Source: Fidelibacterota bacterium (GTDB lineage Bacteria > Fidelibacterota > Marinisomatia > Marinisomatales > JABMOV01). Taken from it: 39,589 bases of DNA. This document shows, in pieces, positions 9,166 through 19,600 of this stretch. The stretch lies in contig JBHHUC010000014.1 in assembly GCA_046861395.1 (NCBI GenBank), positions 1-39,589 on the forward strand, in the 5' to 3' direction. The position numbers were made by a program, and so were the translations under genes. The notes under the pieces are model-generated. The model was not told the origin of the DNA. It made no database searches and saw only the letters and a list, made by a program, of their open reading frames with translations. Within the stretch, counting starts at the first letter, position 1. The number at the start of each line of letters is the position of its first letter.

Positions 9166-10878
9166 TTATAAATAACCTAATTGTTCGATTTTCAGCAGGA
9201 TTTCCTGGACCAGGACTTCCGGTTCCGTCGTAGATGAGTTGATTACAATTTCCGCATTTTCCGGAGCCTCGTAGGGATCGGAAATTCCCGTGAATTCCTT
9301 GATAATCCCTTGGCGAGCCTTGGCATAGAGACCTTTCACGTCCCGCGCTTCGCACACCGCCAGCGGCGTATCCACGAATACTTCAATATAGCCGCCTACC
9401 GCTGAAATGAGTTCCCGGTTAAAACGACGATCCTCGCGATAAGGGGCAATGGGAGCGCAAACGGCAATTCCGCCGTTCTTTGTAATCTCACTGGCCACGA
9501 ACCCGATCCGACGAATGTTCAGGGAGCGATGTTCCTTGGAAAATCCCAATTCGCTGGATAAATGGGTACGTACAATATCACCGTCCAGAAGGGTAACCGG
9601 CCGCCGGCCGTCTTCCAGTAGTTTAACCATCAAGCCATTGGCAATGGTCGATTTTCCGCTGCCGCTTAGTCCGGTAAAGAAAACGGTGAAACCACGTTTA
9701 TTCAGCGGAGGCTGGGCCCGGCGTAGTTCCGCCACCACTTCCGGATAACTGAACCATTCAGGAATATCCAAACCCTTATCCAGGCGACGACGAAGTTCGG
9801 TCCCTGAAATACTCAGGGTCCGCGCTCCTTCCGGAACCTCATCAATGGCCCGGTATTCGGCCCGGTCTTCAACATAAACCATTAACTTGAAAGGTACCAT
9901 TTTGATACCTAATTCTTCCTCATGCTCCCGCAATAGATCCTGGGCATCATAGGGTCCATAGAAGGGATTACCCTGGCTGTCATGGCCGGGACCGGCATGG
10001 TCGCGCCCCACAATCAGGTAATTGCAGCCATAATTTTTCCGGATAATGGCATGCCACAATGCTTCCCGTGGACCGCCCATACGCATGGCCAGCGGCAACA
10101 GACTCAGACTGGCCGTGCCCGTGGGATACTTATCCAGGACTTTTTCATAGCAACGGACCCGCGTGTAATGGTTCACATCGCCAGGCTTCGTCAGTCCGAC
10201 CACGGGATGAATCAGAACATTGGCGTTCAGATCCCGGGCGGCCCTGATGGTCAATTCAACATGAGCCCGGTGCATGGGATTCCGGGTCTGAAAGGCAACC
10301 ACCTTATCCCAGCCGTGTTTGCTAAACTGTTCCCGCAATTCGGCCGGTGTATGGCGCAATAATTGATAATCATAATGCTTAGGCAGAGCAAGACCTTCCA
10401 CGGGTCCTCCGGCATACACCGGGTTGGAATAATGCAGTAAATAATTCACGGCCGGATGTAAATCATCCGTTGATCCGAAAACTTTTTCAGCTTCCCGGTC
10501 CCGGTCCGGTGTCCACAAGTCTTCCACGGTCATCACAGCCAGGGCGAACCCTTCCTTATCCCGCAATACCAGTTTGTCGCCAGGGTTTAGGTTTTCGGCC
10601 ACCGCTTCGGTAATATCCAGCGTGATGGGCATGGACCACAATACGTTATTGGACAATCGCATATGATCGACCACGCCTTCATAGTCGGCTTTATTCATGA
10701 ATCCTTTCAGCGGTGAAAATCCGCCGTTCAGGATCAATTCCAGATCACATACTTGCCGGTCATTCAGTGTCCATGACGTATAATGTAGACTTTCTTTTTT
10801 CAATTCTTCGGCTCGTTCTTCGGAGACCATTAGGTTTGTCAATGCGCCTCCGTGAGGTACAATTAATTCAGGTGTCAC
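9166..10878 (-). CDS. sat: Bifunctional sulfate adenylyltransferase / adenylylsulfate kinase (Sat-CysC)
   Basis: GGFSPLKGFM, AFQTRNPMHRAH, AMRMGGPREALWHA, IVGRDHAG, ISGTELRR; C-terminal FTGLSGSGKST, LLDGD, DVKGLY, FTGISDPYE; GTG start chosen from the AAAGGA RBS. Confidence 0.96.
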   Translation of the reverse strand: MTPELIVPHGGALTNLMVSEERAEELKKESLHYTSWTLNDRQVCDLELILNGGFSPLKGFMNKADYEGVVDHMRLSNNVLWSMPITLDITEAVAENLNPGDKLVLRDKEGFALAVMTVEDLWTPDRDREAEKVFGSTDDLHPAVNYLLHYSNPVYAGGPVEGLALPKHYDYQLLRHTPAELREQFSKHGWDKVVAFQTRNPMHRAHVELTIRAARDLNANVLIHPVVGLTKPGDVNHYTRVRCYEKVLDKYPTGTASLSLLPLAMRMGGPREALWHAIIRKNYGCNYLIVGRDHAGPGHDSQGNPFYGPYDAQDLLREHEEELGIKMVPFKLMVYVEDRAEYRAIDEVPEGARTLSISGTELRRRLDKGLDIPEWFSYPEVVAELRRAQPPLNKRGFTVFFTGLSGSGKSTIANGLMVKLLEDGRRPVTLLDGDIVRTHLSSELGFSKEHRSLNIRRIGFVASEITKNGGIAVCAPIAPYREDRRFNRELISAVGGYIEVFVDTPLAVCEARDVKGLYAKARQGIIKEFTGISDPYEAPENAEIVINSSTTEPEVLVQEILLKIEQLGYL

Positions 10879-11087
10879 AATCTTTCCTTTCGTCAATAGG
10901 TTGTTTTTCGTTTAAATAAAGACATGAAAATTACAATCATACTGTACATCATGGCAGGATAATTCGTTCCGCATGTTTGCGGTCACACCCTTGTTATCCG
11001 GAGGCGGAACCGAAGAGGAATGCCCGTTGTCTTCCGGTCAAGGATTTTGCAGGAAATATCCCGATTTCTGAATAATTTCCCCCTGTA

Positions 11088-11756
11088 ATGGAATGGGAAA
11101 ATCAGATTCTCTTGGACGGAGTTAACTTCAGAAGTTGTTCCAACTCCATCCTGGAAAATATCAGCCTAACCCTTAGGGCCCGTTCCCGTCTGGGCATTAC
11201 CGGTCCCTCCGGATCAGGGAAGTCCACCCTGTTGCGTCTCATGAACGGACTGCTCAGTCCCACCAGAGGAACCGTGTATTTCCGAGGAAAACCACTGTCC
11301 AGCTACAATCCCTTTCTGGCACGGAAAAAGATTTGTCTCATTCAGCAAAAAGCTGTGTTTATCAAAGGCACCATTCGTGATAATCTCCTGCTGGCAGCCG
11401 GCTGGGATACCCGTTTTCAGCGGGATGAGACCACCTTACAGACCACCCTGGATCAGGTGGGCTTATTTGATCAGTCCCTCGATAAGGATGTCCGCTCTCT
11501 GTCCGGTGGTGAACAACAGCGGTTGGCTCTGGCCCGGGGATTGCTCAACCAACCGGAGGTCCTGTTGTTGGATGAACCCACGGCCCAGCTTGATCCACCC
11601 CTGGCCCGGCGCATCCTGAAAACCGTATCTGAACTCACCAGGGACAAGCAACTCTCCCTCGTTATTGTATCTCATCATCCAGAATTGATCCGGTCGCTGG
11701 TGGACGACACTGTCTACCTGGACCGGGGCCGGATAACCAACCCACCATCATCCTGA
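11088..11756 (+). CDS. ABC transporter ATP-binding protein (FetA/YbbL-like)
   Basis: GPSGSGKST, LSGGEQQR, LLLDEPT, VSH; adjacent to a UPF0014 permease. Confidence 0.9.
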   Translation: MEWENQILLDGVNFRSCSNSILENISLTLRARSRLGITGPSGSGKSTLLRLMNGLLSPTRGTVYFRGKPLSSYNPFLARKKICLIQQKAVFIKGTIRDNLLLAAGWDTRFQRDETTLQTTLDQVGLFDQSLDKDVRSLSGGEQQRLALARGLLNQPEVLLLDEPTAQLDPPLARRILKTVSELTRDKQLSLVIVSHHPELIRSLVDDTVYLDRGRITNPPSS

Positions 11757-11759
11757 ACC

Positions 11760-12572
11760 ATGGACACCATCCACAATAATTTTTATCACCTGACTTGGAT
11801 CGACATTCTCATTTCTCTGGTCTTCGTGCTGGCCACAATCATGATTTTGCGCTACTGGAAAATCGGACTGACCCGCACCTTACTCATTGGGACCCTGCGG
11901 ACCTTTGTTCAACTCACAGCCATGGGATATATCCTAACCTGGTTTTTTCATCAGGACAGTGTCTGGTTCATGGTAGGGCTGATCCTGTCCATGACTTTGA
12001 TTGCCAGCTATGAAGGCTATCGGCGGGTGCGGGAATTCCCTCTGAAAGCCGCCTTTCCCATTCTTTTCGCATCCATGACCATTACCCTGACTCTGGTCCT
12101 TGGAACCATCCTGAAACTGATTCTGAAAACTGAACCCTGGTATTACCCCTATGCCATGATCCCCATTGCCGGCATGATTATCGGCAATGCTCTCAATTCT
12201 GCCACATTATCGGTCAATCGCTTCGTGTCCGAATTGGAACACCGGGAAGATGAAATTGAAATGATGTTGTCACTGGGCGCCCCTGTACGGGCTGTAGTGG
12301 AACCATCCTTTCGGGCGGCCGTCAAAGCGGCCTTGCTACCAACGATTAATTCCATGATGATGGTAGGACTGGTTCAGCTCCCCGGCGTGATGACGGGGCA
12401 AATTCTGGCCGGGATAGATCCGTTAGTGGCTGTTCGTTATCAGATCATGATCATGTATATGTGGGTCACCACCGCCGCCTTGATGGACGTCTTGGTCCTG
12501 GGCTTCAGCTATAAGCAATTCTTCACGTCCCGGGGACAGTTTCGGGCCGATTTGTTCCGGTCCCGCCTCTAA
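11760..12572 (+). CDS. fetB: UPF0014-family ABC permease (FetB/YbbM-like, putative iron export)
   Basis: RTFVQL, IPIAGMIIGNALNS, GLVQLPGVMTGQILAGIDPLVAVRYQIMI. Confidence 0.9.
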   Translation: MDTIHNNFYHLTWIDILISLVFVLATIMILRYWKIGLTRTLLIGTLRTFVQLTAMGYILTWFFHQDSVWFMVGLILSMTLIASYEGYRRVREFPLKAAFPILFASMTITLTLVLGTILKLILKTEPWYYPYAMIPIAGMIIGNALNSATLSVNRFVSELEHREDEIEMMLSLGAPVRAVVEPSFRAAVKAALLPTINSMMMVGLVQLPGVMTGQILAGIDPLVAVRYQIMIMYMWVTTAALMDVLVLGFSYKQFFTSRGQFRADLFRSRL

Positions 12573-13390
12573 TGCCCAGATTGCTCCAACAGGCGGTCCA
12601 ATTCCAGATCTGGTCGTTTTAAGATTCGCTGAACCACCGGGTTGGGATCGAATCCCAGGCGCTGGCCGGCCAGGGTAATATCCAGAATGATATGGTTCAT
12701 TGCAATTTCCGTGATGGCCTGGTTCTGGGTCCAGATGGCTCGGCTGTTTTTATTAACAATGGCCGAGCCCATGACCGTCACTTTCTGGTCCGCCACCAGA
12801 ATGACTTTGGGACGCCAGATTTTACTTAAGTCCTGTTCATTGAGTCCGTAGGAAACCGTGGACCCGAATTCCCGGGACAGTTTACAGAACGAAAACAAGG
12901 TAATATCTACTCCTTTGTTTTCCGCCTCCGTCAATTCCTTTTCCATCGCCTTGATTTCCCGGGCCCAGGCACTCAGAAATACTTTTTCCGATGCATTCTT
13001 GATCACTTCCCGCATTTTCAGAATGACATTCCGATATCCCTTGATATGCCAGAAATCAAAGGCTTCGTCCTCTGTGTCCAGATCCTGGAAAGCCGTGGTC
13101 AGTTCCTGAACCCGGTCACTATGCAAATGGGTGAAATATTCAATCAGGGAGGAGACGGTCAGGGGAACATAGCGCTTGGGAGAATCACCGATGGAACTCG
13201 CAATTCCCATGCCTTCCAGTCGCGTGAGAACGGAATATATGGCTGAACGGGGAATCCCCGACTGGGTACTGATTTCATAGCCGGTGGCCGGGGAATGCTT
13301 TAACAAGGTCAGGTAAGCCTTGCTCCCATTGGAAGATAAACCGAACTCCTTCAAAATTTCAATAATGGTGCGCTCCTGGGTACTATTCAT
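12569..13390 (-). CDS. TrmB-family sugar-responsive transcriptional regulator
   Basis: N-terminal winged HTH (LKEFGLS..SKAYLTLL..ATGYEIS..SGIPRSAIYSVL..L..G...PKRY) plus effector domain (IKGYRNV, A.EKVFLSAW); AGGAGG RBS. Confidence 0.9.
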   Translation of the reverse strand: MNSTQERTIIEILKEFGLSSNGSKAYLTLLKHSPATGYEISTQSGIPRSAIYSVLTRLEGMGIASSIGDSPKRYVPLTVSSLIEYFTHLHSDRVQELTTAFQDLDTEDEAFDFWHIKGYRNVILKMREVIKNASEKVFLSAWAREIKAMEKELTEAENKGVDITLFSFCKLSREFGSTVSYGLNEQDLSKIWRPKVILVADQKVTVMGSAIVNKNSRAIWTQNQAITEIAMNHIILDITLAGQRLGFDPNPVVQRILKRPDLELDRLLEQSGH

Positions 13391-13475
13391 CGCCTGATGT
13401 CCTCCTGGATATGCTTCCTGATTTGAAGAATTATCCCTTGGGTTATGCGTTTAAAAATACTAATATTCACCTCTC

Positions 13476-13495
13476 GTAACTCACTTGTGAGTCAC
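13476..13495. promoter_or_regulatory. Palindromic operator 1 (candidate TrmB site)
   Basis: GTAACTCAC-TT-GTGAGTCAC in the trmB/GH13 divergent region; nearly identical to 24870-24891. Confidence 0.75.
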
Positions 13496-13525
13496 TAAAA
13501 TTAACACAATATAATTATAATAGTC

Positions 13526-15388
13526 ATGAGAATAATACAAATCGCGTTCACCATCCCAATTTTTACGGCTGCATTATTGTTCTCTGATTCACCGCCGGAC
13601 TGGGCCCGGGATGCCATCTGGTACCAGATTTTCCCCGAACGTTTCTACAACGGCGATCCGTCCAACGACCCCACGATCGAAAGCCTCATCGGTACCTGGC
13701 CCTGGGACGTGCAGACGGAATGGCAGGTCAGTCCCTGGACGTCCGATTGGTACGAATATCAACCGTGGGAAAAGGCCAATGGCCAACTCTACAATTACCA
13801 ATTCCAGATCCGTCGTTACGGCGGCGATATCCAGGGCATCATCGACAAGCTGGATTACCTGCAGGAATTAGGTATAAATGCAATTTATCTCAATCCTGTC
13901 TTCGACTCCCCTTCCAGCCATAAATATGGCGCCTCCTATTATCATCATATTGATCGCCATTTTGGACCCGATCCGGAAGGCGATGCCAGTCTCATGGCGG
14001 AGGAAGACCCGGCCGACCCTTCAACCTGGCAGTGGACTGCAGCCGACAAACTTTTCTTACAACTGATTCGGGATATCCATGATCGCAATATGCACATAAT
14101 TATTGACGGTGTATTTAATCATGTGGGACTTACTTTTTGGGCTTTTCAGGATGTGATCAACCGTGGGACCGACAGTCCCTACTATACCTGGTTCGGTATC
14201 GAAGGATCCGGTTTGTCGGATCTTTCCCATCTGAACGACTATCAGACCTTGCCGGAACTCTATCAGAAGGAGGACCGGCCGCCCTTGCGATACACCGGCT
14301 ATGTGGCCGACCTCCCCGCTTTCCGGCAGGACGAATACGGCCCGGTGGAACCGGTGCGAAACCACTTGGAAGCCGTAGTCGCCCGCTGGATGGACCCTAA
14401 TGGAGACGGCAATCCCGATGATGGTGTGGATGGCTGGCGGCTGGATGTAGCGGAACGGATTCAAATCAAATTCTGGGACCGCTTCGGTTCCTGGGTTCGC
14501 CAACATAATCCCCAAGCCTATATCACCGGTGAAATCTGGTGGGAAGATTACTGGAACAACAAACAATTCAATGCCGCTCCCTGGTTGTCCGACGATCGGT
14601 TGGATGCTGTCATGAATTATCGCTTCGGCAATGCCATGTTCCAGTTCTTTATTGATGAAAAACTGGCTGTATCACCGTCCCGTCTGGATCTGATGCTGGC
14701 CGAGGTCCGTACCGATTATCCCCCGGAAACCGCCTACGTCCTGCAAAATCTATTTGATAGCCATGACATGGAGCGGCTGGCCTCCTCCGTTGTCAATCCC
14801 GATCGCTGGATGGATCATGCTAACAATCTACAATACAATCTGGAGTTCGATATTCGCAAACCGAACGCCACCGAACACCAGGTGCAAAAAGCCATCATTG
14901 CTTTTCAATTTGCCTATCTGGGGGCTCCGTTTATTTATTATGGCGATGAAGCAGGCATGTGGGGCGCCGATGATCCCGATTGTCGCAAACCGATGCTCTG
15001 GCCCGAATTTTCCTACGACTCGGAAGTTGCTCATCCCTGCGATTATCGTGACGACTGCACCTATACGCGGCCGGTCGATACGGTGGCCTTCGACAGTACC
15101 ATGTTTCAGTTTTATCAGGATTTGATCGCCCTCCGCCAGAAACACCCTGCTTTGCGGCGCGGTACCTATGCCACGGTATTTACCGATGACAAAAAAGGAT
15201 TGTTTGCCTTCCGGCGACAATCGGAGGATGAAACAATACTGGCCGTTTTCAACCAATATACCCGCACGAAAAGATTACCCCGAACCCTGTTCCCCGGCGG
15301 TCGTTCCCGCTGGGAACTCATTTATCCCGTTCCGGGACATTCAACTTCCATCGATGGCAAGTCCTTTCAATTCTATCTTGCTCGCTAG
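13526..15388 (+). CDS. Secreted GH13 alpha-amylase-family enzyme (neopullulanase/cyclomaltodextrinase-like)
   Basis: WYQIFPERF.NGD, YGGDIQGI, IYLNPVF, IDGVFNH, DGWRLDVA (nucleophile), GEIW (acid/base), DSHD, YYGDEAGM; signal peptide. Confidence 0.95.
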   Translation: MRIIQIAFTIPIFTAALLFSDSPPDWARDAIWYQIFPERFYNGDPSNDPTIESLIGTWPWDVQTEWQVSPWTSDWYEYQPWEKANGQLYNYQFQIRRYGGDIQGIIDKLDYLQELGINAIYLNPVFDSPSSHKYGASYYHHIDRHFGPDPEGDASLMAEEDPADPSTWQWTAADKLFLQLIRDIHDRNMHIIIDGVFNHVGLTFWAFQDVINRGTDSPYYTWFGIEGSGLSDLSHLNDYQTLPELYQKEDRPPLRYTGYVADLPAFRQDEYGPVEPVRNHLEAVVARWMDPNGDGNPDDGVDGWRLDVAERIQIKFWDRFGSWVRQHNPQAYITGEIWWEDYWNNKQFNAAPWLSDDRLDAVMNYRFGNAMFQFFIDEKLAVSPSRLDLMLAEVRTDYPPETAYVLQNLFDSHDMERLASSVVNPDRWMDHANNLQYNLEFDIRKPNATEHQVQKAIIAFQFAYLGAPFIYYGDEAGMWGADDPDCRKPMLWPEFSYDSEVAHPCDYRDDCTYTRPVDTVAFDSTMFQFYQDLIALRQKHPALRRGTYATVFTDDKKGLFAFRRQSEDETILAVFNQYTRTKRLPRTLFPGGRSRWELIYPVPGHSTSIDGKSFQFYLAR

Positions 15389-16652
15389 CGTCTTGCTGGT
15401 GACGGCCTGTCAACAGTCCGGGCCCGAACCCGTGCTGACCTTCGGTCAACGGTCCGTGGCCTTACCGGAATTCCAGGATCGCTACCGGGCATTTCTGGAC
15501 GTCACCCATCTGAATGATAATTTACAGTTTCGCTATAATTTCAGTAATGGTCTGCTGGATGAGCTGGCAATTCTTTCCTATGCCGATGATATCCATTATA
15601 CCGACCAACCGGCCATCAGAACGGAGCTGGACCGCATTGCCGATCAGATTCTCCTGAACCGGTTGTATGCCGTGGAACTGGAACCGGAGCTGGCACCTAC
15701 CGAAGCCGAATTACAACGCCTCTTCGTATGGTCGCAATATCGGCTTCATGTACAGCATTTGTTTTGCCGCACGGAAGAACAGGCCCAGGCAGTTGCCCGT
15801 CGTCTGGCGGAGGGCGGGGACTGGAATGAACTGGCCCGGGAACTATTCGCCGATTCCACCCTGGCCAACAATGGCGGTGATCTGGGCTTCATCGTTCTGG
15901 GAGACATGGATCCGGCCTTTGAAGTGGTGGCCTTCACCCTGATCGACGGCGAAATATCCCAGCCAGTCCAGACCGAATACGGCTACAGCATCATCCGCAT
16001 CATTGAACGGGAAGTGGATCCCTTTTTGATTGAATCGGATTTTCAGCAGAAACGCAAACGTCTGACACGCATTGCCCGGAGCCATAAAAAACGACCGCTG
16101 GTTCGCCAATATACCGATGAAACCCTGGCAGCTCTTGATCCTGTTTTTCATCCGAAGGGTCGGAAACAGCTTTTCACGCACTGGGAAAATATCGCCTCCA
16201 CCAATGCCGAAATCACACTTCCCGGGGGCGACGATCCGTGTCTGACCCTTGGTGCTGCTGACAAAACCTATTCCGTGGCCGACGCCCTGGAATTGCTGCA
16301 GGAATTATCCCCGCGTCAGGCTCGTCTGCTTCATTCGCCGGAGCAATTGGAAAAGGCCCTGTTCGGGTTGGTGGCACGGGAAGCCCTGCTGGAACGAGCC
16401 CGGACCTTGGGACTGGATCGGGACCCGGAAGTACAACAGGATATTCGGCAGGCAAAACACGCCAGAATTATCAAAAATATTATCGCCGACGTCACCGCAC
16501 CGCTGCCGCAGGAGGACCTGACCGATAACCGGTCGCGATATATCTCCTTCCGGGACAGCCTGCGGAAACGCTATCCTTATTGCATGGACAGTCTGCAAAT
16601 CAAAACTTTTACTCTGGACACGCTGCCAAAAAATGAGAAACACAATGGTTAA
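15354..16652 (+). CDS. Parvulin-type peptidyl-prolyl isomerase lipoprotein
   Basis: Lipobox VTAC after the start MASPF (ATG 15354); HVQHLF, GGDLGF, MDPAFE, ISQPVQTEYGYSII. Confidence 0.88.
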   Translation: MASPFNSILLASVLLVTACQQSGPEPVLTFGQRSVALPEFQDRYRAFLDVTHLNDNLQFRYNFSNGLLDELAILSYADDIHYTDQPAIRTELDRIADQILLNRLYAVELEPELAPTEAELQRLFVWSQYRLHVQHLFCRTEEQAQAVARRLAEGGDWNELARELFADSTLANNGGDLGFIVLGDMDPAFEVVAFTLIDGEISQPVQTEYGYSIIRIIEREVDPFLIESDFQQKRKRLTRIARSHKKRPLVRQYTDETLAALDPVFHPKGRKQLFTHWENIASTNAEITLPGGDDPCLTLGAADKTYSVADALELLQELSPRQARLLHSPEQLEKALFGLVAREALLERARTLGLDRDPEVQQDIRQAKHARIIKNIIADVTAPLPQEDLTDNRSRYISFRDSLRKRYPYCMDSLQIKTFTLDTLPKNEKHNG

Positions 16653-19590
16653 ACACTTTTTATTCCCATGGATTCTGACCGCCGGACTGGTGCTGGCGGG
16701 AACAACCGGTAAACTGACTGGACACGTCACCGATGCCGAATCTGGTGAACCTTTGCCCGGCTGCAATATTATCGTAGTCGGAACCAATTTCGGTGCCGCT
16801 ACTGACATGAATGGTGAATATTTCATTCTGAATCTTCCCCCCGGAGCATATGACATCAAGGCTATGATGATCGGTTACACACCTAAAACTGTCACCGGTG
16901 TTCAAATCAATATTGACCTGACCACCCGCGTGGATTTTTCCCTTCCCATTCAAATTCTGGAAGGCGATGAAGTAACCGTTACGGCGGAACGGCCCAACAT
17001 CCAGATGGATCTCACATCCTCAGAAACGCGCGTGTCTTCGGACCAACTTGATGCCATGCCGGTGAACGAAATCTGGGATGTAATCAATGCCCAGGCCGGA
17101 GTCACCAAGGATGCTGGCGGCGGTATCCATATTCGCGGCGGCCGGGCCCGAGAAGTGGCCTATTGGGTGGATGGCGTATCCGTTACCGACGCCTATGATG
17201 GCGGCTTGTCCGTAGCCGTGGATAACGATGCCATTCAGGAACTCCAGGTGATCAGCGGAACATTTAACGCCGAATACGGTCAGGCCATGTCCGGTATCAT
17301 CAATCTGGTCACGAAGGACGGCGGACAGAAATTTGACGGCTATGTCTCTGCTTACAACGCCCAATACACCACGAATGACGATTTGTTAAAAGGAAAGGAT
17401 GAATTCAGTTTCGCCGATGACCAGAACCTGGAAGCCAGTCTTAGTGGACCCGTTCCATTGCTGAAAAATCGTCTAACCTTCTATGCCTACGGACGGGTGA
17501 ACCGTCAGAAGGGTTGGCTGTACGGCTGGAAAATCTTCGATAGATGGGGCCGGCTACAGTTGCCTCTGAACGCCTACGGACAACTGGAAGAGTTTAATCC
17601 CGAAGTCGTTCCCATGAATACCAGAGAAAAGTCGAATTTCAATACCAAACTCACCCTACGCCTCACTAATACCATGAAATTGCGGTACAATCTGATTACC
17701 AGCAATGAAACGTATCAGGATTATAATCACAATTCTCAGTATTCACCGGAAGGGGAACTCCATCGCTTTAATGAGGGGGTCAATCAGAAACTCAGTTTTA
17801 CCCATTCCCCATCTTCCCGCACTTTTTATACCATCGATATTTCCCGCTTTGCCAAAAAATATCACCATTATGCCTTCAAGGATCCCAACGACCCCCGCTA
17901 CGTAGACCCCTACTATTTCTTCCACCAATCATTAGTATTGGATATTAATACCTTTAAAATCTGGGGTGTGGATATGAGTCGCTTCAGCCGCTCCACAACC
18001 ACCGGTGTAGCCAAAATCGACATAACCAGTCAACTCAATTCAACCCACCAGATCAAGCTGGGTTTTGAATACCGGGAACACGATCTGATTCTGAATAGCT
18101 ACAGCCTGGAAGACGGCAATTTATCCGATACTGTCTTTACCGTCCGGGCTCCGGGAAGCTTCAGCATTGATCAAATCGGCGACGCCTGGACGGTACTGGA
18201 CACCGTCACAGGAAAATATTTCGGCTGGGAATGGAATCAATTTGCCTCTGCTGATACGGTCTATACGTTTTCGTCACGGAATGACGCCCGGTCTTTCGTG
18301 GATTATTACAATAAGTATATTCAGTTCGGACGCGGCTTCTATTATGAAAAACCGCAGGAAATGTCGGCCTATATTCAGGATAAGATCGAATTCAAGAATG
18401 TCATCATCAATCTTGGTTTGCGCTGGGACTGGTTCGATGCCAACGGTGTCACGCCGACCAACCCGGCGGAACCCTACATGGGCAATCCCCGCAATGCGAC
18501 GCTGGATTCCCTGACAATCCGGGAACGGAAGAATATTCACTGGGCGGATTACGCCGATTATTATGCCGGCGTCCTCCCCGATTCCGGAGCCGACCTGCGC
18601 ACCCGCACCGGATGGTGGAAACAGACATCGGTGAAACAACAGTTAAGTCCCCGGTTCGGCGTGGCCTATCCTATTACAGATAAAGGTGTGATTCACTTTT
18701 CCTTCGGACATTTCTTCCAGATACCGTCCTTTGAAAACCTGTACAAGGATCCGGGCATTAAACTGGCTGAAGAGAGCGGAAAATTCGGTGTCTTCGGCAA
18801 CCCCGATCTCAGTCCGCAAAAAACAGTCATGTATGAAATCGGGTTGCAGCAGGAGTTGGGGTTGGGTCTCACCATGGATATCACCGGGTATTACCGTGAC
18901 GTGCGGGACTGGGTCTCAACCGGTATTCCCATCGATATGGGCGGCGGCGCATCGTACTTTACCTACATTAATAAGGACTATTCCAATGTACGGGGCATAA
19001 CGCTGAATCTGGAAAAACGATTTTCCAGATTCTATGGTTTCAGTTTGAACTACACTTTCCAGGTCGCGGAAGGTTCCAATTCCAATCCTGATGAAGAATT
19101 CGGCGCCATTCAGAATAACAGTGAACCGGTACGGGCCATTCTTCCCCTGGATTGGGACCAGACCCACACCCTGAATGGAGCCCTTTTTCTGGGCGGTCGG
19201 TCCTGGAGTCTCAGCTTCCTGGGACAATTTGGAAGCGGTTATCCCTACACACCAACCCAAAACGTTGCAACGACCCAGGGCATCAATGTGTCCACGGATT
19301 TACCCCGCAACAGCCGCCGCAAACCCATTACATACAACCTGGACCTAAATTTCCAGTACCAGCTTCCGCTCCAAGTAGTAGAAAGTACCGTTTTTGTAAA
19401 AATCTTTAATGTCCTAGACCGGCGCAATGAACTGACGGTCTGGTCCGATACGGGGACCGCCAAAGAAACCTATAACATCCAGGGAACCGACAGTGAAAAT
19501 CGTCCTAATACCATTACCGAATATTACACGCATCCTGAATGGTTCAGCGCACCCCGGCAAGTCCAAATTGGAATCAAAATCAATTTCTAA
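16633..19590 (+). CDS. TonB-dependent receptor with N-terminal carboxypeptidase-regulatory-like domain
   Basis: AGTTGKLTGHVTD..GEPLPG; plug IHIRGGR, YWVDG, GTFNAEYGQAMSGIINLVTK; LSPRFG; C-terminal PRQVQIGIKINF; start may be 16645. Confidence 0.93.
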   Translation: MRNTMVKHFLFPWILTAGLVLAGTTGKLTGHVTDAESGEPLPGCNIIVVGTNFGAATDMNGEYFILNLPPGAYDIKAMMIGYTPKTVTGVQINIDLTTRVDFSLPIQILEGDEVTVTAERPNIQMDLTSSETRVSSDQLDAMPVNEIWDVINAQAGVTKDAGGGIHIRGGRAREVAYWVDGVSVTDAYDGGLSVAVDNDAIQELQVISGTFNAEYGQAMSGIINLVTKDGGQKFDGYVSAYNAQYTTNDDLLKGKDEFSFADDQNLEASLSGPVPLLKNRLTFYAYGRVNRQKGWLYGWKIFDRWGRLQLPLNAYGQLEEFNPEVVPMNTREKSNFNTKLTLRLTNTMKLRYNLITSNETYQDYNHNSQYSPEGELHRFNEGVNQKLSFTHSPSSRTFYTIDISRFAKKYHHYAFKDPNDPRYVDPYYFFHQSLVLDINTFKIWGVDMSRFSRSTTTGVAKIDITSQLNSTHQIKLGFEYREHDLILNSYSLEDGNLSDTVFTVRAPGSFSIDQIGDAWTVLDTVTGKYFGWEWNQFASADTVYTFSSRNDARSFVDYYNKYIQFGRGFYYEKPQEMSAYIQDKIEFKNVIINLGLRWDWFDANGVTPTNPAEPYMGNPRNATLDSLTIRERKNIHWADYADYYAGVLPDSGADLRTRTGWWKQTSVKQQLSPRFGVAYPITDKGVIHFSFGHFFQIPSFENLYKDPGIKLAEESGKFGVFGNPDLSPQKTVMYEIGLQQELGLGLTMDITGYYRDVRDWVSTGIPIDMGGGASYFTYINKDYSNVRGITLNLEKRFSRFYGFSLNYTFQVAEGSNSNPDEEFGAIQNNSEPVRAILPLDWDQTHTLNGALFLGGRSWSLSFLGQFGSGYPYTPTQNVATTQGINVSTDLPRNSRRKPITYNLDLNFQYQLPLQVVESTVFVKIFNVLDRRNELTVWSDTGTAKETYNIQGTDSENRPNTITEYYTHPEWFSAPRQVQIGIKINF

Positions 19591-19600
19591 GAGCCTATTT

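Noticed and set aside
3215..10878. Dissimilatory sulfate-reduction locus (Qrc plus Sat)
   Set aside because: No aprAB, qmo or dsr genes in the window; Sat is fused to APS kinase; the two parts are separated by a terminator, an oppositely oriented gene and a compositional shift.
10897..11087. Riboswitch or structured leader between sat and the ABC ATPase gene
   Set aside because: Only weak, partial complementarity (CCGGA...TCCGG); no riboswitch consensus recognised.
15168..15353. Upstream extension of the PPIase ORF (likewise 19493-19600, 4592-4648, 1656-1697)
   Set aside because: These extensions overlap neighbouring genes or lack an RBS; downstream starts give signal peptides or clear RBSs.
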